Part shown: positions 24,513 to 36,129 of the stretch, one piece after another
Numbering within the stretch: the first letter of the stretch is position 1
How the letters are laid out: each line of letters starts with the position of its first letter
Origin: Octopus sinensis
Lineage: Eukaryota
Direction of reading: 5' to 3'
Assembly: GCF_006345805.1 (NCBI RefSeq)
Contig: NC_043004.1
Span: forward strand, 48,670,001 to 48,734,000
Length of the DNA: 64,000 nucleotides
The notes under the pieces: generated by a model
Databases searched by the model: none
What the model was told of the DNA's origin: nothing
Seen by the model: the letters and a program-made list of their open reading frames with translations, nothing else
Position numbers and translations under genes: made by a program

Positions 24513-24850
24513 TTCACCCTTTAGCATTTACACCAATCTATCCGGCCCAAATATTCTATTTGTTTTATGTTGAAGCCAACCACATTTGGCCTATCACACC
24601 TACTCTACAATGTAATTCTGAAGATAAACAGTCACATCAACAATGCATGTTTAGTCCATTTACTCTGTCAAATGTAATGCTTATTCATTCAAAGTTTTCA
24701 TGCATTATCACATAGCTTCAAGATTTCAATCATGTGACTATTTATTTTTTCAATGACATTGTAGGGTAGGTGTAAACAGCTGGCCAGTTTGAGCATAAAG
24801 CAGACAGAATATTTGGGTCAGATATGGCTGGTTTAAATGATAAGGTGTTA
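24513..24850. mobile_element. piggyBac-like MITE with long TIRs
   Basis: ccctttagcatttacacc..tctatccggcccaaatattct ... agaatatttgggtcagatatggctggtttaaatgataagg.gTTAA. Confidence 0.65.
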
Positions 24851-25075
24851 ATTCAAAAGAGAGTCAATAAATAAGCACTGCTTTTGGCTGAGAAGTCTGA
24901 ATGCTAAAGGGTTAGATAGACTATAACACTGCATTGCATGCAGTCAGCCACTACATGTCAGAATGCTGAGTGTCGTCTTCCCTGTGATAATTATTACATG
25001 TCTAGAGCTATGAATTTGTGTATCACATCTAGTTGTTCAGCCAGTTACCAACATGCCATAGGTCGTATCATTCTA

Positions 25076-26346
25076 TTAGGTTGTCAAGTATGAAATTTGT
25101 AGAAAAGAAAAAGTTTGCTAATGTTTTATAAGTACAAGGAATAGTTTTATTCATCAAAGTATGCACCCATATTGTCAATACACTTTTGCCATTTCAGCGG
25201 TAGCTTGTCCAGCTCGGAACTGTAAAAGCCTGGCAATCTAGAGTCGATAAAATCTTGGAAGGCCTGTTTTACAGCATCGTCAGAGTTAAATTTTTTTCCT
25301 ATTAAAAAGTTATCCAAATTCTGGAAGAAGGGGTAGTCAGTGGGGGCAAGATCAGGTGAAGATGGTGGGTGATGGAAAACTTCCAACTCCAACTCCTGTA
25401 GTTTTGCCAATGTCATTTTTGCAATGTGTGGTTTGGCATTGTCTTGCAATAAAATAGGAGTGGATCTGTTGACTAATCTAGGCTGTTGTTTTGTAAGTTT
25501 CTGCATCATTTGGTTCAGTTGGCTGCAGTATACTTCAGCCATGATTGATGAGCCATGCTTAAGGAAATCATACTGGATCACACCTGTGCCAGACCACCAA
25601 ACACACACCATCAGCTTCTTTTGAGGAATTTTGCTTTTTGGACTGTGTTTTGGGGGCTCGTCTTTGTCCAACCATTGTACTGAACATTTACGGTTGTTGG
25701 ATTGGATCCATTTCTCATCACATATTACAATTCAATTAAAAACTCATTCATTTTTGTGACGAGAAAGTAGCATAATGCAAGCTTCAAAACTTTGCTGTTT
25801 CTGATTTTCATTGAGTTCATGTGGAACCCACTTATCCGACTTTTTCACTTTACTGATTTGAACTAGGTTTGCTTGCTAACACCAAATAGCAACGATGATT
25901 CATGGGCACTTTGAGATGGATCTGACTTGACAGTGGCTTTCAGTTCGTCCTTATCCACCTTTGTTTCTTGTCAACTGTGTTGCTCATTTGTGAGGTCAAA
26001 GTTACCAGAACAAAATTTTGCAAGCCAATTTTATTCTGTCTGCTATGTAATAGCATTAGAATCAAACTCCATTAATATTCCAAGCTGTCCGTGATGCTGT
26101 ATTTCCAAGAAAGAACTCATATTTCAAAACTGTATGAATTTCTGACTTATCCATTTCCAAATAAAAATAGCAAAAAGCGGTTTATAAATACTTTATAAAG
26201 CTCAAAATGATTTAGAATAAAGAAATAGATGTGTCATCTTTCTAACAAAAAATAAAGATTGTCAAAATATAATAATGGTGCAAAATGAGCAGCTGTCAAA
26301 GTTTACCATATATCTTATACTACAAATTTCATCCTTGATAACCCAA
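25076..26346 (-). mobile_element. Full-length decayed mariner (DD34D) transposon, about 1.27 kb
   Basis: TA-flanked TIRs TTAGGTTGTCAAGTATGAAATT / AATTTCATCCTTGATAACCCAA; transposase runs from ATG 26154 (MDKSEIHTVLKYEF) to stop 25147 with internal stops. Confidence 0.92.
25147..25671 (-). pseudogene. Mariner transposase catalytic-domain ORF
   Basis: KLMVCVWW, LLQDNAKPH, HPPSSPDLAPTDY and WQKCIDNMGAYF motifs. Confidence 0.92.
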
Positions 26347-27584
26347 TATATTGACAAATGTGGTCAGCAACTGCTTCAACTAAGACATTTTTTATCCACA
26401 AAGTATAACAATGTTCCTCATAAACAAATGTGGGTACTTTTACATTGCTGCTCTAATCTACCTCAAGCAACCAAATTTTCCTCAAATTACTCTCTTTTGA
26501 GACACACAGTGTTTTGGTATATGTCGCCAAAAAGACCAAAATTTTTTTCTAATGAGATACATCTGCCGAAAGACAATCTCTGATTAATTATTACACTTCA
26601 AAACCAACCATTCACAACATTTGGGCTGATGGATTGGCCTCAAAGTCCCTTCAGCTTGTATCACTTGGCCGATCAACTGGCCTGGGTATCCCAAGATAAG
26701 GAAAGGCTACATTGGGTAATCTATTCCTAAAAAGATGAGGTGCTTCTGGCTGGAATATCTTTGATCAGGGGTTACTTGAATAATGACAATTATACATAAC
26801 ATGTTCTTATGCCATGCTCTGCATTGTTTTCTTTTCTCCAGCATCTTGAAAAAGGAATTCTTGGGTGATAAATGTTTTATCAAAATAGATTTCAACATAT
26901 TCATTTAACATAATGTTATCATCTGTAATACAAATATTTAAGGATTCTCTTAAATTGGTGTAAAGTTACTGTTTATTATTATTATATAATATAAAGTTAC
27001 TATTTGTTGTATATTTCTTCTTTATTCTACTTTGATGAAGGCTTCACCTGAAACATTAATCTGCTTCTTACCCTTTTCTTTCTCATTTTTTTCTTTTGCA
27101 TTTAATTCACTGTGCACAACTTTTTATGCCAATTTTTTGTGTGTTTTTGTGTTTACAATGTTTTTGTGTTTACATTTTGTCCATCTCCTTTTGAATTTTT
27201 ATCTACTTGCTGCAACTTTTCCTCTTTCATTTTGTGCTATTGTACCTATAAGATTTTAGAAACTTTGAGAGAACATGTAATAATTCTTTTTTAACTGCAG
27301 AACTCAAAGTAGATAAAACTATAAATAATAATGTGTAAATACTGAGTTAAATATACTTTTGGATAGAAAATATCTAAGGTTGCCCATAGGACACATATCC
27401 ACGTCTTCTGTAAACATCACAGACATTCTATCATTGAACCAAAGCAATCCTTCAAAATGTGGAGGTGTGTGGCTTGGTGGTTATGGTGTTGGACTCATCA
27501 TCATAAAATTGTAGATTCAATCACTGGACTGGGTGACACATTGTATTCTTGAGCAAAACACTTCATTTCACATTACTCCTGTTG

Positions 27585-27890
27585 TTGTTTGTTCCTTCTC
27601 GAGCCATGTCTGGCTCATAAGGGCCAGTTTTCCGGTTTCTTGGTGTATAAGTTCCCCACCTGGACGGGATGCCAGTCCATCGCAGATGAGCTGCAAGATG
27701 CAGGAGGAAAGAGTGAGAGAAAGTTGTGGCGAAAGTGTACAGCAGAAGTTTGCCATTACCTTCTGCCGGAGCCGCATGGTGCTTAGGTGTTTTCGCTCAT
27801 AAACATACACATCACCTGGTCTGAGATTTGAATCCGCCATCCCTCGACCGCGAGTCCGCTGCTCTAACCACTAGGCTATATACCTCCACA
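27585..27890 (-). mobile_element. tRNA-derived SINE, family B, nested in a family E SINE
   Basis: Minus-strand head gcctagtggttagagcagcggactcgcggtcgagggatggcggattcaaatc; the family E SINE is split at 27465-27570 and 27895-28020. Confidence 0.7.
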
Positions 27891-28329
27891 GATTACTCCT
27901 GTCCACTCAGCTGATAAAAACAAGTAATCCTGCAATAGACCAGCATCACATCCAGGAGGTAAATATATACGCCATAGAAACTGGAAAACCAGCCCTTGTT
28001 ACTCGAGAAGAAAACTTTACCTTTATCCTTCAAAATTCTATAAATATAAATATAATATTCATTGTAAGCACTCATTTAAGCACATCCACATATACAAGCA
28101 TTTTCACACAAATGCAAGCAATGAAATAGGCACACACAATGAATGCATGCATTTTTCTTTTTCTCCAATTTCATTATCAGAGAAGGAGTGGTTAGTATCC
28201 ATGACCTTTATACGACATCCCAAATTGCAAGGTCATTTTCAGTTGCTGACATATACTCGTATGTGTGTGATATGCTAATAAGTAGCACACACATACAAAA
28301 ATATATTAAATTATTTGGGACTAATTTCT

Positions 28330-29478
28330 GAAGATGTGCCTACAAGATGACATTGCCTAATTTCCTCTTTTGTGCAAGCATATGTTGTAGTTCTATAGTC
28401 TATAGTGAGCATGCACTGGAATAATTTATGTAAGGATTGCTTACATCATACTTATATTCATGGCTTCTCGCTTAAATTCCAAATATGCTTCAATAGATTT
28501 ACTGAATTCTTTCTGTAAATATTACAGAACAAGTATGTTATCGTGTACAGCTGGCCTTGAACATTTTGCTTGTTGCTCCAATATACTTTTTGTTGGTGTG
28601 TCCTTCTTGCAATACTGTTGCCTTTTAGCTTACTTGTATTTTTTTAGGCAATTTCAAGGCATAGCTTTGATCCATGCGGATGCATCTATTTTGAGTTGTG
28701 GGCTTTGTGATATATACTCTTTTACTTGTTTCAGTCATTTGACTGCGGCCATGCTGGAGCTCCGCCTTTAGTCGAGCAACTCGACCCCGGGACTTATTCT
28801 TTGTAAGCCCAGTACTTATTCTATCGGTCTCTTTTGCCGAACCGCTAAGTGACGGGGACGTAAACACACCAGCATCGGTTGTCAAGCAATGCTAGGGGGA
28901 CAAACACAGACACACAAACACACATACATATATATATATATACATATATACGACAGGCTTCTTTCAGTTTCCGTCTACCAAATCCACTCACAAGGCATTG
29001 GTCGGCCCGGGGCTATAGCAGAAGACACTTGCCCAAGATGCCACGCAGTGGGACTGAACCCGGAATCATGTGGTTGGTTAGCAAGCTACTTACCACACAG
29101 CCACTCCTGCGCCTATATATGGTTATTTATAGTTTGGGTGGTATATAATTTTGTCCTGCTGTAACTAAATTTTGTGTTGTTCCTACTGAGTAACTTGTAT
29201 CTGTGGACAGTTGGAAAATATTTCGTGATTTGTGTTAGGAAGATTACTGCTACTTTAGTCACACTGTTTAAGCCAGAGGTTTCTCTTTTGTTCTGGCTGT
29301 ATTTTGGTTTACAGTTCATTTGCATAACTTTAAACCTGCTTCTTTGTAGGGCTTTATTGTAAACTGATACTGCTTGGTCAAATATTTTATCAGATGATAT
29401 TGTAGAAATTCTTTGGATTATATTGGTGACTTGGTTTTTAATTATCAAAAGAGGGTGGTTATAGTGTTATACATACAT

Positions 29479-29528
<50 letters not shown>

Positions 29529-30870
29529 TTTTCTATTAGTATCACTTTCAACATGTCTTAATTCTGTCATATAGCCAAAAAGCTTTCTATGTGTAAAAAA
29601 AAATATTTGTATCATTTATTATTTGTTTATTTTTTTCATTAGTTTCATTGCTTTCCCATTTTAAATATTTTCCTGTTTTCCTCATAACTTGTCCATTTTT
29701 ACCATTTCAGTCTAGACACCCATTCTTTCTATTTTACTTGTTTCATTTTGTCCTTCATGTTCACTCATTTACACCCCAGCAACATTCTGCTATTGGCAGC
29801 ATCAAAATGAACAATATTATTGATAAGGTATTGAAATTGTGATTATTTTTTGTTGATATCTGATGAGGTGTGAGCCTGTCCATGCCCTTTGTGTGCTTTT
29901 TACCTATTTCCATTTGTTCCTTCATTCTCCTCCTGTGACACTATTGTATATATATTAAGGAAAAGGAGGTAGTTAGGATTTGAATAAGAACTATTCATTT
30001 AGCTCTTTCATCCCTTTCAGGGATTCATCATGAATAATTTTTTTAATAGAAAATTCATACCTTATATACATATATGAGTTAGTTGAAAAATCTGGAGTTG
30101 AATTTGTTTTCTTGGATTTTGGGATGAGGATGCTTTGGGAGTGGTTGAGATGTTCTTTGTTATTTAGAATCTGTGTGTATATATATCTATGTGTGTGGTG
30201 AATTTTTGGAGGCTTGGTTAGAGAGAGAAAAGGAAGAAAGGAAGAAAAGTGTCATGGGCTCTTTATTTGGGATTCTGTAACAATAAGGTTTATCTATGGT
30301 TAGGATCAATGTAATGTTTAGGAAATCTACTATAAAGAAATTGGTTTAGATGACTATTTTGAGGTTGAACTCTTTGAAGGCATGTATTGCATATATTCTA
30401 AATGTCTTTTATTTGCCTCTGCCTATGTTTTAGGAAACTGATTGGCCATTGTCTCTACTCTAGATTGCTTGGATATGTTGCCTAGTTTTTCTGCTATATA
30501 TATATTCCTACTAGTTTGCTTGTTTCTACTCCATTGTAGCATCACATACAACTGTTTATTTTCTTTCTTTATCTATGGTGAGCTATCATTGAATAGAAGA
30601 GACTTTCTCAAGTGCATTATTATATTATGTCGCTGGTTGCTGATTATGATAAAGTTTTTTTTTACAAATACCAGCACTTTTATTAGGAGGTATTTTCCAA
30701 TTAACAGGAAGAAATCTACAATGTAGAATTGTGTGAATTTATATAAAATTTTGTTCTTTTATCCCTGTACACCAGTTAATGACAGATGTACTTTCACTCT
30801 ATTGTATTAATCTTGTCACTTGTCTAATTTTGGAGTTGATATTGTCAAGGATTTTATAATTTATATATTA
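28330..30870 (-). mobile_element. Fragmented Penelope-like retroelement (RT plus GIY-YIG endonuclease)
   Basis: Minus-strand order: ILDNINSKIRQVT..SVINW...QFYIVDF (30860-30700); VGIYI..L, SRDNG (YRDDG-like) and FKEFNLKI..VDFLNITL (30500-30240); NHPLLIIKN..RISTISSDKIF...YNKAL...FSYS (29460-29113); KKYIGATSKMFK...HIWNL...NICL (28700-28330). Confidence 0.8.
28718..29112 (-). mobile_element. SINE family A, young, inserted in the Penelope-like element
   Basis: Near-identical to 11140 and 31115; separates the PLE thumb region from the GIY-YIG. Confidence 0.88.
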
Positions 30871-31114
30871 TTTATTTATTTATTTTTTTTTTTTTTTGAG
30901 GTAGGGAAGAAGTGTATTCTGAAAAGTAACCCTTGTGGTCATTAAGTGTGAAGTATAATGTCACTTTGCTAGGCATCCCGTTTTGTCTTTGATTTATAAG
31001 TTTGTTACTAATTCTTGTTCTCCTCTGCTGATTGCATTGTACATATATTCTGGTTTACTTTTTGCATTTTAATTATGTTGTTGAGGAACAGTTTTGAGTG
31101 GGTGTCTTTGTCTC

Positions 31115-31495
31115 TTACTCTTTTACTTGTTTCAGTCATTTGACTGCGGCCATGCTGGAGCACCACCTTTAGTTGAGCAACTCGACCCCGGGACTTATTC
31201 TTTGTAAGCCCAGTACTTATTCTATCGGTCTCTTTTTGCCGAACCGCTAAGTGACGGGGACGTAAACACACCAGCATTGGTTGTCAAGCAATGCTAGGGG
31301 GACAAACACACACACATACACATATATATATATACATATATACGACAGGCTTCTTTCAGTTTCCGTCTACCAAATCCACTCACAAGGCATTGTTCGGCCC
31401 GGGGCTATAGTAGACACTTGCCCAAGATGCCACGCAGTGGGACTGAACCCGGAACCATGTGGTTGGTTAGCAAGCTACTTACCACACAGCCACTA
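31115..31495 (-). mobile_element. SINE family A, young
   Basis: Near-identical to 28718-29112. Confidence 0.88.
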
Positions 31496-31599
31496 TTTGT
31501 ATACACAATTTTTTTTTTCTAATATTCAGTGATTTGGTGTATGAATTTAGCTTGTTTTCTAAGCTGTTTCTATAATTTTAAAATCTTAACCTCTTTATC

Positions 31600-32130
31600 A
31601 TTTGTATGAGGCCCACTTTAAATGAATCTAAGTCTGTCAATTGCGATGGGCAGTCGAGGGTTCTGACGACAAATATTTCTTGTGTCATTTGCATAGTAGT
31701 ATGCATTCCCTTGCATATGCTCAATAATATTGTGGAATAAGCATTTCAAGGGATGATTTTTGCCAAATATTTAAATGTATGATACTCCATATTCAGCTTG
31801 CTTCTGTATACCTAAATAATTTTTGACCTCGTAGGAACTGTTTATACATTCAAATGCTATAGTTTGTCAACAAACAAGGAAGAGGATAATCACTGCATGG
31901 TGTAAAGTACATGGCACATTCAAATAAAATCTTTTTTTTCTTGTGATTCAACTTTCACACAAAAATAAACACCTAGCAAAGAATTTTTTGCAATATTTTG
32001 GGCTGATTTATATACACTGAAATAAGGTTATTCTTTGCATATGGCTATTACTATCATTGACCATATTCTAAATGTTGCTTTATTTAGGTGTCGTCTGTGA
32101 TTGTCATTGACTCATGTGCCAATTCATTGC
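31600..32130 (-). pseudogene. Decayed CR1/L2-like RT fragment
   Basis: Minus strand reads NAYYYANDT (YADDT-like) near 31690 in RT-like context; many stops. Confidence 0.4.
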
Positions 32131-32269
32131 CTATAGAGTTTCATTCACCAGCTTTGCCGTTATATCTGGGTTGTCATTTGAATATGAAATATAAATAATG
32201 TTATATATTATGTATAACATATATGTATGTCTATGTAATATATACATATACATACATACAGCTTCTGAG

Positions 32270-32660
32270 CACCGCCACGACAACATCGATTTCTTTGTCT
32301 GCCGTAAGGCATTATTTTCCATATACGCCAGCTAAGCTAAGTTGAACTGTCTAAAGTCGAAAGACACCTGTTGTTTTTGTCCTGTTATTATTATTATTGT
32401 TTTTTGTATTTATATTCGTGTGGCATCGTCCATTTTTCTGTCCTTGTTTCGTATACATTCAATCCTTTTTCCCAGAAATCTAATGCTCGTAGCTTAGTTT
32501 TTCCTTAGGGCTGGCCGGATCGGAGCGATCTCAAGATTAATCAGCCGAAATTGCGAGGATGATCCGGTTCTTGACTGAAGATTAGAGGCTTCAAATGACA
32601 CGTCCATTTTTTGTGTCGTCTATTTGAATGTTTTGCGTTCTTGTCCCATTTTGTATTTTT
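32270..32660 (+). mobile_element. Family X dispersed repeat, third copy
   Basis: gaaagacacctgttg...atctaatgctcgtagcttagtttttccttagggctggccggatcggagcgatctc...ttgcgttcttgtcccattttgtatttt followed by (TA)n. Confidence 0.7.
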
Positions 32661-32735
32661 ATATATATTTTTTATACATATATATATATATATATGTATG
32701 TATATATATATGTGTATATATATGTGTGTGTATAT

Positions 32736-32766
<31 letters not shown>

Positions 32767-32957
32767 GTATATATGTGTGTGTGTGTGTGTGTGTATAATA
32801 GTTTGATTTGGTTATAGTATAACTATAGTATAACTATAGTATAACTATAGTGTAGAAAACTATAACTAGTGTAGAAAACAATATGCTTCATAACACTGTG
32901 TCAGATGTTCATGTGTTTCATGATCAGTAACCATAGACAGTGACAATTACTATGCAA

Positions 32958-34160
32958 TGTGTTTGATGGACTGTGTCAACTACAGTGCTATGTGTTTGGT
33001 GGACTGTGTCAACTACAGTGCTATGTGTTTGATGCTTGTTATGCCTGCCATCAGGACTTGTTTCATAAAGATAGGAAGAGGCTCCCTGCAGTAGTACTTG
33101 GCAAGGATGCGGAGCAGGGGTGCCCAATCCCTATGTCGGCTATAGAGTCCTTCTATATAGGGGAAGGCTCTCCACTCCAGGCCCTGAGGTGGATCTCTTC
33201 GACTATCCGGCCTCCTCCCAGGTGGCTAATGGTCCTATTTTGCGGCTGTTCTCCATGGAGGAGGTGAAAATTAGTCGGAGACAGATGAATCCTTCCTCAG
33301 TGGCGGATCCAGATGGACTTAGTGTTCGTGAGATTAAGTCCATGGACCCATGCATTCACGCCAACATATGTAACTGCATGTTGCTGGCTGAGAAAGTTCC
33401 CAACATCCTGAAGTGTGGTAGGTCCGTCCTCATACCCAAGAGGACTGACAATCCTATGGATCTTACCAATTGGCAACCTTTCACGATATGTTCAGTGGTG
33501 TATCATCTGTTTTTGAAAATGGTCACCAAAAGAATGCTTCAGGTAACTCCCCTGATGGACTGTGTCAACTACAGTGCTATGTGTTTGATGGGCTGTGTCA
33601 ACTACAGTGCTATGTGTTTGGTGAGCTGTGTCAACTACAGTGCTATGTGTTTGATGGACTGTGTCAACTATAGTGCTATGTGTTTGGTGGACTGTGTCAA
33701 CTACAATGCTATGTGTTTGGCGGACTGTGTCAACTACAGTGTTATATGTGTGGCGGATTGTGTCAACTACAGTGCTGTGTTTGATGAACTGTGTCAACTA
33801 CAGTGCTATGTCTTTGCCGGACTGTGTCAACTACAGTGCTATGTGTTTGCCGGACTGTGTCAACTACAGTGCTATGTGTTTGCCGGACTGTGTCAACTAC
33901 AGTACTATGTGTTTGATGGGCTGTGTCAACTACAGTGCTATGTGTTTGCTGGACTGTGTCAACTACAGTGCTATGTGTTTGCTGGACTGTGTCAACTACA
34001 GTACTATGTGTTTGATGGGCTGTGTCAACTACAGTGCTATGTGTTTGCTGGACTGTGTCAACTACAGTGCTACGTGTTTGATGGACTGTGTCAACTACAA
34101 TACTATGTGTTTGGCAGACTGTGTCAACTACAGTGCGATGTGTTTGATGGACTGTGTCAG
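32958..34160. repeat. 33-bp minisatellite GGACTGTGTCAACTACAGTGCTATGTGTTTGAT (about 2.3 + 18 units), split by a retroelement fragment
   Basis: Tandem units at 32958-33034 and 33553-34160; translate to DCVNYSAMCLM / LCQLQCYVFAG repeats. Confidence 0.95.
33035..33552 (+). pseudogene. R2-like (RLE-type) non-LTR RT N-terminal fragment
   Basis: YACHQDLFHKDRKRLPAVVLG (like R2 RT motif -1); FSMEEV..SSVADPDGL (motif 0, SAPGPDG-like); GRSVLIPK..NWQPFTICSVVYHLF (motifs 1-2); one frameshift. Confidence 0.8.
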
Positions 34161-34677
34161 TTATACATTTTAGTGTTTTTGAGGAACTATGTCAGTCTTT
34201 GTGTCATTCATTGTGTTTCATGGTCTGTGTCATTTAGGCTATAGTATGAAGGATTAAGTCAGTCATACTATAAAACATTTGATGAATAGTGTCATGCACT
34301 ATTTTCATTATTGTTGACATTGTGTAAATTTTGGCTATCTTGAGCATCTGTTTACATCACAGTTGTATTCATATTTTTTCATGTACTTTCCAAAGTGTGA
34401 ATATCTGAGAAGTCTGGGTTTGTAATTGCGTATGTTTAATTGCAATTAATTTTTTCTTTTTCTTTTTATCTTCTGTTCTTTATTTTTATTTCTGAGAACA
34501 TGTTGAACATTGTGAAACTAAAGCTACAAATCATAAAATAAAGGATGATGATGAAGCTAGTAGTTATATTTTCACAATTTTCATTGATATTTTGTGATAT
34601 ATGATATGCTGCCTCCATCTTTGCAAGTTACCTCACACAAAAAAGCTGTATTTGTTATGTAAGTAAAGAAAAATGAA

Positions 34678-35070
34678 GGAGCATGGCTCAGTAATTAGAA
34701 CATCAGGCTTACAATAATGAGTTTGATTCCTGGACTGGGTTGTGTGTTGTGTTCTTGAGCAAGTCACTTCATTTCATGTTCCAGTTCACTCAGCTGTAGA
34801 AATGAGTTGCAACATCACTGGTACCAAGCTGTATCAGCCCCTTTGCCTTTGCCTTGGATAACATTGGTGGGGTGAAGAAGGGAGACTTGTATGCATGGGC
34901 GACTGCTGGTCTTCCATAAACAGTCCATCAAACACATAGCACTGTAGCTGATACAGTCTGTCAAACACATAGCACTGTAGTTGACACAGCCCATCAAACT
35001 AGACTTGTGCTTTGGAGGGGAACTTTCTAGGTGTAATTCCATGGTCAGTTATGACAAAGGGGTTCTACTA
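34678..35070 (+). mobile_element. SINE family C carrying an inverted minisatellite insert
   Basis: Family C head and body, with 34923-34999 equal to the reverse complement of the 33-bp array units. Confidence 0.85.
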
Positions 35071-35435
35071 AAGAAAAGTTTACAAAATAGAATATTAAGA
35101 AAGTCCAAAAGCATTACATTCTTTTTTTTACCCCAAGGTAAATGGGATAGATGCTCAAAAGTACTAAAGTATAAAAACAAAACAAAAACAAAACAAAAGG
35201 AAGAAGAGTTTTGTCATAAGTAAAACATGGTTATGTTTGAATTCTTTTGGAAACTCCATTACTAGCAATGGCCTGTAGCAAACAGCATCATTGACAAATG
35301 CCCCAATTCAACTGATGATGAAGCAGATCAAAGGCATTCCAGCTATGACCATCATGGCTTACAGCTACATTATACAATGTTCTTTAATTTAAGATAGTGG
35401 AATGTGATTTGTAGATTTCTTGGCTGTATGGTAGG

Positions 35436-35970
35436 ATAGGCATAGCTGTGTTGTTAAGAAGTTCGCTTTGCAACTACATGGTTTCAGGTTCAATTCCATC
35501 CACTGCATGACACCTAAGGCAAGAGTCTTCTATTATAGCCCAGGGCCAACAACTGCATTGCGAGCAAATTTGAGAGACAGAAAGTGTGTGGAAACCCATT
35601 ATATATATAGCTTGCTTACCAACCACATGGTTCCGGGTTCAGTCCCACTGCATGGCATATTGGGCAAGTGTCTTCTGCTATAGCCCCGGGCCGACCAATG
35701 CCTTGTGAGTGGATTTGGTTGACTGAAACTGAAAGAAGCCTATTGTATATATGTATATATATCTATATGTATGTGTGTGTATTTGTCCCCCTAGCATTGC
35801 TTGACAACCGATGCCGGTGTGTTTACGTCCCCGTTAACTTAGCGGTTCGGCAAAAGAGACCAATAGAGTAAGTACTGGGCTTACAAAGAATAAGTCCTGG
35901 GATCGATTTGCTCGACTAAAGGTGGTGCTCCAGCATGACCGCAGTCAAATGACTGAAACAAGTAAAAGAG
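35436..35970 (+). mobile_element. SINE family A with tandem (double) head
   Basis: Diverged head at 35440-35600, then a second head cttgcttaccaaccacatggttccgggttcagtccc, then the full body. Confidence 0.8.
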
Positions 35971-36129
35971 TATATATATACATATATACTTTATTTAACA
36001 GCTTTTCTTATATTTCTGCTGCTTTTAAATAAAGCATATTAATCTACCTCTAGTATTTGAGTACTCTTTTTTCCACACCTTGTTTCACATTTATGTGCTT
36101 ACTCCGGTATATATATATATTTCTTTCAA

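Noticed and set aside
24320-24517. Minus-strand ORF or candidate exon (DFGHGYHKSGQNELG...)
   Set aside because: It has a plausible acceptor, but I recognise no homology and cannot link it to other exons, and the ORF start lies in a MITE; spliced RNA-seq would be needed.
27810-27885. SINE heads as tRNA genes
   Set aside because: A and B boxes are present, but they run directly into SINE bodies and lack a complete acceptor stem; the same applies to the other family A-E heads.
28180-28260. Plus-strand candidate exon (KEWLVSMTFIRHPKLQGHFQLLTYT)
   Set aside because: The splice signals are plausible, but there is no recognisable homology or phase-compatible partner exon.
33553-34160. CRISPR-like array
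   Set aside because: The units are directly tandem with no unique spacers, and the context is eukaryotic; it is a minisatellite.
33120-34244. 374-aa Cys-rich ORF as a host gene
   Set aside because: It is a chimera of a frameshifted R2-like RT fragment and a stop-free minisatellite.
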